Positions 1 through 11,760 of a stretch of DNA of 64,000 nt are shown piece after piece. Location of the stretch: the NCBI RefSeq assembly GCF_036321535.1, contig NC_087436.1, positions 59,646,001 through 59,710,000 on the forward strand, written 5' to 3'. Under the pieces are notes generated by a model. It saw nothing but the letters and a program-made list of their open reading frames with translations, was not told the origin of the DNA and searched no databases. The number at the start of each line of letters is the position of its first letter. The stretch's first letter is position 1. The stretch is from Camelus dromedarius. Lineage: Eukaryota. Position numbers and translations under genes: made by a program.

Positions 1-1434
1 AAGTAGGTGGATTCTAAGTTTACGTACAGTTCCTGTGTTGTATGAATTCATGATGAAATAAGATTTAATGGGAACTATGGGTTTATTGTTCTTATTGGAT
101 AACTCTCTGGCTTGCACATTTAAAAATACCTGAGTTATTAATTGTAAAATACACACTGGTTTTATATCCTAGGGACTTAAATGGAAATAATATAAATCAA
201 AAAAAAAAAATTTAAACAGAAAGAAACCTCCAAAAGAGATAAATGAGTTATTGTGGTAAATCTGTGAACTTAATAAAAATCATTTCTTTTTAAAACTATG
301 CAATTAACATCATTTAAATAATATACAACACTGGCATTTAGGAACCACTGAGGTCACAATATTGATATCTAGAAAATTTAACTATCTAGAATAAACATAT
401 TAAATCAACGTAAGAGTAATTCAAAAGAAAAGCATAGCTTTTAATGTTTTTAAATTAATGCACATAAATATCTGAAAAATTTTTGCTGGAATTCCAAACT
501 TTGGCTTATTTCCTAATAGAGACACATAGCTTTATATTAAATATATTAATATGCTTTGTAAGGCAGCAGAAAAGTAATATCCATATTTATGTTATAATGA
601 CACGCAGATAAACTTACATTTTATCATTATATCCCTTTGTAACACTTAAAATTATCTTTATTCTACTAATACTTGTCAATGAAGTGCTAAAAATAATGTT
701 TTTAAAAAAAGAGTTCTCACAAATGTTAGATCCAAGACAAAGAAGGTAATTCCTTTAGGTTTTCATCAAAAGGAAATTTAAAGTCATGAACTTAGGTAAA
801 GTGAAAATTTCATAACTTTAAGGGAAGATAGGTATTTGAATCAAAGTTGCCCGAAATCATTTAGCGTTACTAGAAGCAATCTCGTATTAAATTTACAATC
901 CTATTTTGACAGTTCAACCAGTATTTCACACTATGAAAACATGCAAACTTTCAATTAAATTAGTTCTGCAGCCTGATTGAAGCCCAAGAGCTAAAATAGT
1001 CTTGTAAATTTCTCTACAAAGCTGTTTTCTTTTATGCGCCAGAATGGAAAAATGATGTGCTTGGCCCTTGGTGACTGCAAACCTAACTTTATTAAATTGG
1101 TAATAAATAAATTAGTACTTTCTTAAAAAAAAAAAATTGTGCTAGTATGCGAATAGGTCTTTTACACATGTCTGCAAATTCACTAATTCAGAAGACTGTA
1201 TTAGAGATGTTGGTTTAAAAAAATTAATAAGACATTGGTATGCTAGTCTGTGCCTGTAATTATCTTTTTCAGTCCCAGAAGGTATTTGGGGATTATTTAA
1301 GAGCAAAAGATGAATGGTGCACCACTAAATCCTATTAAATCAATGCATAGACACAGCAGGAGCAGAGGTAAATAAGCTGTGGAGGGCTGAATACCAATAA
1401 AAAAAGATAAAAATGATTTTATATAGCTACTCAC
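1..1434 (-). other. CCSER1: 5' part of the downstream CCSER1 intron
   Basis: Begins with the GTGAGT donor on the minus strand at 1434. Confidence 0.8.
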
Positions 1435-1512
1435 ATCATAGCCTAGAAGTTCAGTTTGTGTGGATTTATCTACTTTTGAAGTAAAAGCCTTCTGTAAATG
1501 CCGGACTCTTTC
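1435..1512 (-). CDS. CCSER1: Internal coding exon of CCSER1 (FAM190A), probably equivalent to human exon 9; encodes ERVRHLQKAFTSKVDKSTQTELLGYD
   Basis: On the minus strand a polypyrimidine tract and CAG acceptor (ttttttcttttttttgcag, CAG at 1515-1513) precede 78 nt of open frame (26 codons), followed by a GAT|GTGAGT donor (1434-1429). The peptide matches my recollection of the CCSER1 C-terminal region (..HLQKAFASRVDKSTQTELLCYD..). Gene identity and exon number are from memory, not a search. Confidence 0.9.
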
Positions 1513-1947
1513 CTGCAAAAAAAGAAAAAAAGCAAAACCAAAAACACATTGTTGGTGAGTCGTGTGCTTCTCCACGAATATTCCCCACTTATTAAAATCT
1601 GATTACTGTACAACTCCTGATTCTCTGTGTGTGCACTTTGCCTACCATCTTAAATATTTAGAACTTTAATTTTCAGGTCATAATAACTCCATCTTTGGCA
1701 TTTTTTTTTTCACTCCAGGAACCACTGAGTCAGAACCACAGTTGAATGCTACAGACATGATGTGCTTAAATCCAAGACCAAATGCTTATGCTATTATTTC
1801 TTGTTAAACTGTTTTATTTTTAATTAATTTGATAGGATTTTACTGATCTGGTTTTCAGAGCATTTACATTTAATATCCAAAACATTTTCAATAAATAATA
1901 CCATCCAGTGGATTCCATTTAGTTTGTTTTTATGTTATTATTTTTAT

Positions 1948-1950
<3 letters not shown>

Positions 1951-1981
<31 letters not shown>
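1951..1981. repeat. Poly(T)31 tract (poly-A on the gene strand)
   Basis: Direct observation. Confidence 0.95.
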
Positions 1982-1984
<3 letters not shown>

Positions 1985-3526
1985 TCTTAGTTCTCTTCTG
2001 GAATCTACACATTTAGGAATCTGTCCTTTAAGGGATTTGACACTAATCCAATCCTGTTTATAAATAGGTAAGGGAAATAATGCATGAAGGAAGTTTGGGA
2101 TTTCATATCTCATATGCAAATGTACAATTTCTGGTCTACTAATGTGAGTGGGCTTCTGGCTAAGGGGCCTCTCATTTACTAATGTTTCACTTAAATAGAA
2201 GGTATGTTGAGCAGAGCTATTATAACATGTGCCTGGCACAGCTGGGAGTGCTGTGCTCATATTATCACATTATATTTGGGGATTTTTACCACTATTATCT
2301 TCCATTTTCAATAAGAACAATACAACTGACAAAGTTTAAATAACTTATTCCCAAATAAGTTCACATGACTCCACTGGATTCTGTTTTTGCCTTAACTTGC
2401 TTTAAAGGAGAATTTATTTTGTTTTCTTGACTTTGGGTGCTCAAAATAGTTGTATAATATTTTAATAACAAAAAAACTATGATTTAATTCATCTCTTTCC
2501 AGGAAGGGACAGTGCTCGCCACAAACCTTCTCGTAAGAACTCCAATAATACAAAACTTGTGTTTCTCTCTCCACCCTCCTCTCGTCTTCCTCCCCCTTCC
2601 CCATTCGCCCTCTTTCCCTTAAATTCTTCTTGAGATTTGCAAGTCAAAGCTGTTTAACAAAGTACATGCATAACTTAGGTAAACATAATTTGACAATGAA
2701 ATATGTCACAGAAATACTTCATAGACTATTCATGTCTCAACCTAACAACTTCCCCATTATAAAACTTCTAGTGCTGCTGTTCAGACAAAAATGAAGTAGA
2801 GAGTAGATAACTCAAGAAGATGTCATGTGGAAAGTAAGATTTTAGTTGTTGGGAAAGGCTAAGTGAAAAAGGGCCACATTTTCCAAAATAAATGTAAAAT
2901 GAGAAGTAACAAGTTGTGTTTTCGACTTCTACTGGGATGGGAAAGGGCAGAGAAGTAGTAATAGGTAAAAGAACCAATAACATTTGCTATCACTGAATGG
3001 TTGTTTAGAAAAGTTTATTTCAAAATAGGCTAGAGTAAGTACTGGAAAAATAAGTTGTAAATCTGTAGGTAAATAAATATTTATATATGAATCAGAGCCC
3101 ACACACCAATGCACAGAGCAAGGAAGAATAAACAGCGAATCTTCCATTATGCTCCCTCACATTTTCATTTCACGGGCTTCCACCCTAAAGGTAGGAGTTG
3201 AAAAGGATTTATAAACTCTGGTCCACTGGTCTGAGTTTTACAAAGGAAATTCAAATCAAGATAAATGAAAAACTCAAAAAGCTTCATTAACTAACAGCCT
3301 AAACAAAGCAAAACAAACAAATCCTAGATCAAGAATAGTTATCTTCAGAAATAAAAAAGAAAAGCAAAGACATTCCTAATGAAAATCACTGCCACACCCT
3401 TTGCAGGCATTTCCACAACAAATATGTCGTATGTGAATTTATTACATTTGCATTTGTATGCCATATTCAAATATGGAGAATGTTTCCAATAGACTCAGAT
3501 GTAAAAGCTAAGAAGTAAATAATTTA

Positions 3527-3572
3527 TAATAAATCAACTATACTTCAATTAATAAAAACTAAAACAAAAAAG
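3527..3572 (+). mobile_element. Extremely 5'-truncated L1 3' end with A-rich tail
   Basis: taaatcaactatacttcaattaataaaaa matches the terminus of the L1 copies at about 28920 and 42595. Confidence 0.55.
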
Positions 3573-4064
3573 AATTTAAAAATTTAGTGTAAATTTAGTT
3601 TATTTAGTAGGAAGAAAATATATGAATATCCATTACAGATTCTACAACATACACTTAGAAGATTAAATAAAGATTGTATAATTGTTGTGAAGTAAGTCTT
3701 AATGGGTCTCGAATTTTTGCAAGATAGAGGGTATTAATGGATTGATAAAAATTTAACATAACAGAAGTATTATAATCAAACAGAAAATAAATCATAAAAC
3801 TAGCTATTACTAGACAGTGGAATTTGAGATAATTTTTATTTCTTATGTAAGAAATATATACTAATTTTATGTATATATACACATGAATAATAGGGGATAG
3901 AAACAAAGGATCACATATTTTCATTTCTACACTGATTTTATATAAACATTTTTACTAAAATTGATTTATTTCAATATAGAGAAATAGATATTTCACCTTT
4001 CTGATGCAAATTATTTGCATAAATTCATCTATATTTTTTTAAATGCATATTTGGGGTATTTTTC

Positions 4065-4650
4065 AAGGTTCAGGAGATATGAAGAAAAAGAAAACATATA
4101 GCTCCTTCTATAAAGAGACTTCCAGTGTCAAAGACCGAAAAATCAAAGACAGTTAATAGTCAATATATAAGGTAAAGATACTACAGAGAAACTGCAGATG
4201 TCTTATGTGTGCGTGTGTTAGAGAGGAAACAGAGTTAAACAATTGAAATGCAGAAGCTACTGACATCCCAGCTAAGACCAGGAAGAATTATTGTTAGCCA
4301 ACTTGGAGCGGAAGAGATATGGGTCCTTTCTCAGGCAATGATATTTAGAAACACCTAGAAGTCAGAGAGACCCTGACAAAGATATGTATAGGCAGCTACT
4401 AGTTCAGACTTGCCTAAGGAGAGCCAGTAACAGGGACATTAGTGAGAAATCAGTTGAGAGTGGTAAATCAAGTCTATGCCAGAAAGGACAGAATTTTATG
4501 TCAAAGGATTTTAGTGTTATCTTAATTTTGAAATTTTTTTTTTTTTTTACAATTAAAGGCCATAAGAATGTTTTAACTAAATTATAATAGAACTAGTTAA
4601 ATATTTCCTTTCACCTTATATAAAAAACAGAATTAGAAGGAAGCAACATG
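4065..4650 (-). mobile_element. Decayed L2 LINE fragment
   Basis: Purine-rich sequence resembling the reverse complement of the L2 3' region. Confidence 0.45.
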
Positions 4651-5329
4651 GAGAAGAGAAACAACTGAAATACAATGATCTTTTTTTTCTTGACCATTGA
4701 TTAATTTACACATACATGCCATTCAACCTGGCTCTTTCAGTATTTTCTTGTGTTAGCAAACACTGCAATGCCTTCTTTTAACCTCTCTGAGGGATAGAGG
4801 AGTACTGAAATTGCTCAACTTTCGGCAGATAAATTTTATAAATAAATCTATACCTCAGACAAAATATCTGTCTTTAAGTTTTCCTTTCCAAGCAATGACA
4901 ATATTAATACACTCTTGTTTTTCTTACTTAAGATTAATAAAACATATGGGTGCTTAGAATTAACAAAAAGCAAAATGACTAGCATATTCTGTGGAAAATG
5001 TAACCAAAATGGAACGAAGAGAAATTTCTTTATATTTGCTGTCATTTTACACTGCTGACTAATCTGACTCTTGAATATGTGAAGGTTTTGAATTTTACAC
5101 AATATTGCTATATGAATAAAAATATGTAATGGCTTTCTCTCCAAATTTCCAAATACTTTCATTTGATATGAGGAATAATATAACATCTGTATCAGAAAAG
5201 GTAGCTAACATAAGTAAATGCATATCAACTAAAGAAAACATACATAATTTACAAACTTACTAAGAGTAATTCTAAGATTCACATTCCTTCTACTGTAATT
5301 TTTACTATTACAATGATTACTAACAATAA

Positions 5330-5505
5330 TAAATGCTGTTAAAGAATGTGGTTATATGCCAGGTACTATATCAAGTAATATATATGAATCTTCTCAAGGA
5401 CATACAATGTTACCGTCGCTTTTCAAAAGAATAGGAAACTCATACTTAGTAAGTTGAAATCATTTGCTAAAGGTCACACAAACTATTAAGTGAAACAAGT
5501 AAGTT
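5330..5505 (-). mobile_element. MIR SINE, interrupted by the L1 at 5519; remainder at about 5710-5745
   Basis: ggaaactcatacttagtaagttgaaatcatttgctaaaggtcacacaaactattaagtg resembles the reverse MIR core. Confidence 0.65.
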
Positions 5506-5518
5506 AAAAAACCAAACT

Positions 5519-5709
5519 GTTGTAAAATAGATACATAAGTTTACACTGTATAGTACAGGGAACTATATTCAGTATCTTCTAGTTACCTATAATGAAAAAG
5601 TATGAAAATGAATATATGCACGTATATGTATAACTGAACTACTATACTACATAGTAGAAATTGACACAACATTGTAAACTGACTATACTCCAATAATAAA
5701 AAAAAAAAA
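5519..5709 (+). mobile_element. Young 5'-truncated L1 3' UTR with poly-A (camelid-type)
   Basis: ctgtatagtacagggaactatattcagtatctt...gaaattgacacaacattgtaaactgactatactccaataataaaaaaaa; close to the copy at 19023. Confidence 0.85.
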
Positions 5710-7444
5710 CTTATCCATCTTCAAACCCTGGCGTTCTTTCTATGAAGATATTCTGACTCTGAAAAAGCTTACATGTGGTATTGCTGCTAGCATTTCACAA
5801 AGGCAAGGAAACATACCAAAAGCACAGTTGCTGTACAGCTAGTATAATAACAAAACTCTTCTTGATGTTCATCCTGCCTATATTCTTTTGCCGACTCTAC
5901 TAAGTCCTTCTGCTTTACTGTGAAAACAATTTAAGAATGCTTAGGATTTACTGGTTTATTTCCTGTAAAAGCTACAATTCTACATAATATCCATTACTCT
6001 AAATATAATCAACAATGAACTTTGGAGCATGAGTCAAGAATAAAATGACAAAATTGAAAGATGTAAAAAGAACAAACTGAAATAAAAAGTAAAGTTGAAA
6101 AGGCATGAAAACTTTCAGCAATGATAGCAGTTCAAGTAGAGTAATCTAAACAAATATCCTGCTTAAGCTGTCAGAATCACTTCTGATATGTGCATGTTTG
6201 TGTGTGTGTTTTATGCATTGGATAGTCATAGAATCTCTCTCTACAATATATGCTGTCCAAATAAAAGGCTAGTTTCTAATTTCTTTAAAAAAATTTAATT
6301 TAAATTTAATTAATCAAAAATATGTATCTATTAAATGCCTGATCATAAAAATATAATAGGTACAATTGATATATTTTTGCACTTTCACATGTGCACATAC
6401 AAGCACACATAATTAAGGATTGAGGAGGAGGAAATGTGGTTAAAAAAAAAATGATGACAAAGCCAGTAGAATTGGTTTTTACAATAAAGCTTCAGGTGAC
6501 TAAGGAGATAAAGGATATTGGCAGTTATTTATTCTTATTTTACAATATATCTTTATTATTAGATACCTTATTAACAATATTTTCAACTCTGCCATTTTAT
6601 TAATCTACATAATTTTTATCTTAGACATGAATATCTATTATCATTCTAGAACTGTTAAAATTATGCATGTAAAATACAGTGCAGTAAACAAGCTGAAAAG
6701 GAAACATCAAATAATCCCAATAAATAACTCCTATTTATATTATTATAGGAAATTAATACAGGAAATATTTGTAATAGTGATTACAATTCCACTATACGAA
6801 CACATACCTGAGACTGTTATTACCCAAAATCTAAAAAGTTTTGCAAAGAGTAGATTTGAATTAGAAAAAGCAGTGTCTTAAAAATATGGAAAACACAAAG
6901 ATTTCTTAAAGTAATATAATCCTAAATTTAGATTTAAGTCATGGATATAAAGATTAAGTTTATGGAAAGAAAAATAGTATTGAAAGATTGACACTCTAAA
7001 AGAGGAGAAAAGTTAACTTTTAAAGTTGAGGAGCAATGTAAGCCAACACAAGAAAATTGACAGTTTTTCTTTTTTTATTGAAGTACAGTTTAATATTTTG
7101 AGTCAAGATAAAACTAGAAATTGGAAGGGTTAAAAAGAATTTGAACATCACCTTCTAATCAATTTCAATGTCAGTAAGATTATTTAAATAGAAAAAATAA
7201 AAATAAAGGGAAAATCCTTAGAATTTCTGAATGATGCCAAGTCCAAGGATAAGCTTGGGAATGAAAGGCAGTATTATAGAGCACATTGATTATTTTCACC
7301 CACCATTAATGAGGGCATATCACTAAAGACATTAGTGGAATTATAAACAAGCACAACAGTGACAAAGCAAATCAAACCTCCCACATAGATAGTCAAATTT
7401 CCTGGAACTGCCAACAGATATTAAAATGTATTAAAGCTTTCTCA

Positions 7445-7535
7445 GTTTTTGTTATGGAAAATTGCTAACATACAACAAAACATAGGCAGAGTAAGAGAAA
7501 GGATCCCTATACACTCACCACCCACTTTTAACAAC
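7445..7535 (-). mobile_element. Old L1M 3' fragment
   Basis: ttttgttatggaaaattgctaacatac...cactcaccacccacttttaacaac resembles reverse L1ME-type ends. Confidence 0.4.
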
Positions 7536-7639
7536 AGAGATTAAAATTAAATAAAAAATGTTAGTATTGGCTGTACACTTAATAGCTGCACTGGTCAGTT
7601 TTTTCCTTCAACTTAGATGAGAGCTGTTTGTATTAGAGG

Positions 7640-8155
7640 ACCTGTGCTGGCCTTCCTCCCACCCTAACTCTGCCCACGGGAAGAGGATTCTGCAGGGATT
7701 AGAGATTAGGGAAGTGCCCCCGTAAAGCCCTGTTCCCCTTCCAACCATACTGCAGAACCCTGGAACTCACAGCCTGGTTTAGGACATGACTCAGGTCATC
7801 CCTCTAAGAGTTGTCCAAGGAATGGACATGGGACAGCTGGGTTGATCACACACATGCTCACCAGGCTCTAAGGGGTAGAACACAGGGTGTTCAAGGGCCA
7901 TGTTAAGGCCGGAGCCAGGGCTAGCTCTCTCCCATGGTCAGGTTCTGGCACACAACTCTATGGAGTCCAAAAAAAATCTGTAATTTGAACACTGATTTCC
8001 AAGTCATTAGAAAAGTATATTTATCAAGACAGGAGGCTAGAACATATTTTACTGAGTAGTTTTTAAGCTTGATTTATAACTTAAATCTTTAGACCTATAT
8101 TCTGTGAGTCCCCTTTTATGTTCTTGGCCCTAATCTCACAAATGACAGCAGCTGA
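7640..8155. mobile_element. hAT-Tip100 DNA transposon remnant (MER115/Zaphod-like)
   Basis: GC-richer block ending in gtatatttatcaagacaggaggctagaacatatttt...agcttgatttataac...cttggccctaatctcacaaatg, matching my recollection of this family's terminal region. The left boundary is approximate. Confidence 0.55.
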
Positions 8156-9196
8156 CTTAATACTAGTCCTTTCTGGTTTTTGGTCACCACATCTCAGGAA
8201 AAGTTTGAAAAAGTTGTAGACAAGTCAAAGGGATAAGGGGTTTATTTTATGTTTAAACATTTGAGAAATGGGTCAAAAATATAAAGACAAACAAAGACGA
8301 ACTGTCAAAAAAAATCAATAAAACATCTGGATCGCGTATTTACTTTCATCCTATCTTATGATACCTAAACTCATTGGGACTTGCTTGACATCCTCCACAA
8401 GCCATCACTTCAGACTGCATTGGAGGCAATTTTTTTTTTTTTTTAAGAAATAAGGACAGACCATTACACAGCATATTTTAAAATTATGGAGCTCATTAAC
8501 CATAAGAGATTGTACAAACTGAACATACACCTAGGTTTAAGAAACGTTTAGGTCACTTAAAACATAGATGGATCAAAAAAGTAAACTGGGACTTTTTATA
8601 TCTTTGGAGACTGAAATTAGTGGAGATATTATATCCACAAAACGGTACACAATGTTCTAGATGTAAAGTATATGGACTCTTTCTCCCAACCAGAACTGAA
8701 TGATGCTTTCTGTTTCAATTCTAACAATACTCTTAACAGTTTTTAGATTTTTTTTGAAGGGCACATTTTACTATAAATAAATACCAGCATAGTTTTGGTA
8801 ATGGTGGACTAAACAAATACGTATTTGATTTCTTTGGCGCTTTCAACAGACTGATCTATTTCTTTTAATTTAATACTCTTCTCAGTAAGATGGAGCTAAT
8901 ATTAAAAGACCTCAAAGAGGAGTCTGAAAGATGTCTTTGAGCTAGATCCTTAAGAAGCTAGGGGCATTTAGTAACTGATCAGAAAGGAATGAGAAGTTGT
9001 GACTGAGAAGTATCACCCCAATTGTTTGGGCTTGGCCCCTCTACATTCAACACATCTGTTAATTAAGATGTCACAGTCCTTCTTTTCTATCTACTGCCAC
9101 TACCCTGATCCATGACCTAGATACAAGCAAGGGAATGGAGCACAGACACGCACCAGGTGTGCACAAGCTATCACCATCTATTACTTCTATAGTCTC

Positions 9197-9674
9197 TGTA
9201 ATAGGTTGAATAGTGACACATCCCCCCACCCCCAAATAATTCATGTCTGCCTGGAACTTGTCAACGTGACGTTATTTGGGAATAAGATCTTTGCAAATGT
9301 AATCAAGTTAAAATAAGGTTCTACTAGATTAAGACGGGTTGTAAATACAACGTGACTGGTGCCCTTATAAAAGGAACATTTGGACACAGGAGAGAAAGCC
9401 ATGTAAAGACAGAGGCAGAGAGAAGAATGGTGTATCTGAAGGCCAGGCAACCACAAAAATTGCCAGCAACCACAGAAGCTAGAAGAGGCAATGAAACATC
9501 CTTCCCTAGAGCCTTCAGAGGAAATGTGGTCTAGTGAGCATCTTGATTTCAGACATTTGTCTCCAGAAATGAAAGAAAAAAACCCCTGCTTTTTGTTTGT
9601 TTGTTTTTTGAGTTTTTTTGTAAAGTCAAGCAATTTATGGTACTTTTTCATAGCAGCCAAAGGAAACTAATACA
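9197..9674 (+). mobile_element. MaLR solo LTR (MLT1C-like)
   Basis: TG...CA ends (tgtaataggttgaat ... ggaaactaataca), typical MLT1 internal motifs (gtgacgttatttgggaataag, agaagctagaagaggcaa, cttccctagagccttcagagg) and a degenerate 5-bp TSD gtctc/gcctt. Confidence 0.85.
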
Positions 9675-9804
9675 GCCTTCTAACTGGTATTCCTGTCTTC
9701 ACCCATATTTTCTCCACTCCTTATCTGTAAATAACAGCATAGTAACCTCAAAATGTAATTTGAATCATCTCACTCTTATGCTTAGAACCTTTTAATAATC
9801 TCCC

Positions 9805-10072
9805 ATTCTAACCTGGTGGCCACCAGCCACATGTAACAAATGAGTACTTGAAATGTGGCTAGTCCAAACTGAGATGTATTAAGTGTAAAATACCCACTGG
9901 ATTTTAAAGTACCAAAAAGACCTCATTAATAAAATATTTTATGAATATTTTATATTTATTACATCTTGAATACTGTTTTGGATATGAGTTAAATAAAACA
10001 TACTTGAAATATTAAATTACATAAATGATTATTACTCATTGCATGTTTTGTATTTCTATCAAGCCGTTCTGG
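9805..10072 (-). mobile_element. MER33-like hAT-Charlie DNA transposon
   Basis: ggtggccaccagccacatgt...gagtacttgaaatgtggctagtccaaactgagatgt...aagtgtaaaatac matches the reverse MER33 pattern. Confidence 0.75.
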
Positions 10073-10235
10073 TCTATATGATAGAAAGTGAACCTTTACC
10101 ATGATGTACAGCCCCCCTGCCTCTCCTGGCCCTTATTTATTATGCTAACTTCATCTCATACCAGTCTTCCCCTTGAAAAGATACTCATCTTCCAGTTGCT
10201 TGAGTGAACAAAGATTTTTCACAGTTGAATTCTTT

Positions 10236-10355
10236 GAGAGGAAGTAATTAATGAATTAACTAATTATTTAATTTTAAATGGAGGTACTAGGGATTGAACT
10301 CAGGACCTCATGCACATGACCATGCACTCTACCATGGAGCTATAACCTCTCCCTC
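10236..10355 (-). mobile_element. tRNA-derived SINE (camelid vic-1-like), about 120 bp
   Basis: Minus strand reads gggagaggttatagctccatggtagagtgcatg...gaggtcctgagttcaatccctagtacctcca plus an AT-rich tail ending aattacttcctctc. It has A-box and B-box-like motifs and the TSD cacagttgaatt at 10220-10231 and 10356-10367. Confidence 0.85.
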
Positions 10356-11714
10356 CACAGTTGAATTTTTAACATGCTATTCCCTCCATCTGGAATGTTC
10401 TTCATATTAGGTGTTACTGCCTTACAGATACACTAAATTCCTATCTCCAGGTAATTATCTTTTAATTTTTAATCTCTTTTTACCAAATGTCACTCATTTC
10501 AATTGACAAGTACTTCTTTTATTTGGCTGTTTGCCTATATTTGGTCTATTTTCTGCACTAGCATGTAAGTTCCCTACAGCATGGATCATGTCTATTTAGA
10601 ACCTTACTGATTCCAAACTGTCTAATGTAGTTTGTGGCACATTCTACGTGTCTGATACTTTTTAAAATAAATGAACAAGTAGGTGAATGAGAGACGGTGC
10701 ATGAGGTTTGAGAGGATTCAGCGGAGACCGGCTGCTGAAACTGACATACTGCAGAAGCGCCTGCTATAGGGAATTTAGTATTAGGGACATGACAAGTCCA
10801 GTAAAATTTCTAGCATTTGTATGGTCCATAAATTTAAGTAGAGACAGATTGGAAATGATATATGAACTAGAGGTTATTCTAGCAATTCTAGGCTGTATAA
10901 ATGCCTTAAGAGAAACAAACAAACAAAAAAATAGAAGAAAGGAAGCAGAAAGACAAAAGTGAGGACATTAAAGAATAGGCACACATCAAACACGTGTCTG
11001 AGGATTTGATGCTGTAACATCAGGTAAAAAATATTTTCATGAATAGGTTAGGATTTTTTTTTTTCAGCAAAAGCTTATGTACTTGATCCTTACTTTTGCC
11101 TGAATTTTGTATTTTAAGTGAGAAATTAATTTGATGATTCCAACAATGATGGGAATTAGGGAAAGAAAAATAATGAATATTGGAGTGTCTTCCATAGGAA
11201 ATAGGGCCAAGGAGAATTTTTTTTTTTTTTTTTGATACTTCAAGTCCCAAACATTCCCTCATTAACAACATCCTGGTCTGTAACATCCACTTTCTAAACT
11301 AGGAGACTCTCCATTCTCCTGGTCCACATTTACATGAGGGGACTTCTGCTAGAAGCATTCTTCTGGTTACTTTCTCTACTTCTCACTCACTCCTCTTTAT
11401 CCATTAACTGGTAGGTCACCTTAGGATAAACAAACATGGCCTGTCCACAGGATGAACTCTCAGCTTGCCCAGACACAGGCTTTACAGACTCTTGCCCTGT
11501 GGAAGAAGCCTGCAAGTCTCCCTTTTTGTCAGCAACTCTGATGGGGCACCTCAGCTCAGGTAAGAATGTATTGGATGGCTACACGGCTGTATTCCAAGTC
11601 AGGTTTGGGTGGTATTATAGTCTCATTTAATCTCTCTAAATCTTCTATTTTGCAATTATTTCTGAATTTAGGAGGGCAAAAGGATGTTGTTTATGGTACC
11701 TTTGAAGTCTCTCT

Positions 11715-11760
11715 CATACATGCGCACACACGCGCACACACACACACACACAGAGACACA
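11715..11760. repeat. Imperfect (CA)n microsatellite
   Basis: catacatgcgcacacacgcgcacacacacacacacacagagacaca. Confidence 0.9.

Larger units (their letters stand above)
9030..10690 (+). mobile_element. L2 LINE 3' region broken by three later insertions (MLT1, MER33, SINE)
   Basis: L2 motifs (ctactgccactaccctgatcca; cttctaactggt...cctg; gcatgtaagttcc...gtggcacattctacgtg...aaatgaacaagtaggtgaatga) resume colinearly on each side of the inserts. Confidence 0.7.

Noticed and set aside
1297..1575. 92-aa minus-strand ORF as a standalone gene
   Set aside because: Only the central 26 codons, bounded by splice sites, look like real protein; the rest is read-through into the polypyrimidine tract and intron.
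9241..9660. 139-aa and 60-aa ORFs
   Set aside because: They lie entirely within an MLT1 solo LTR and are chance open frames.
10275..10353. Possible tRNA gene
   Set aside because: Degenerate stems, an AT-rich tail and a flanking TSD identify it as a SINE copy.
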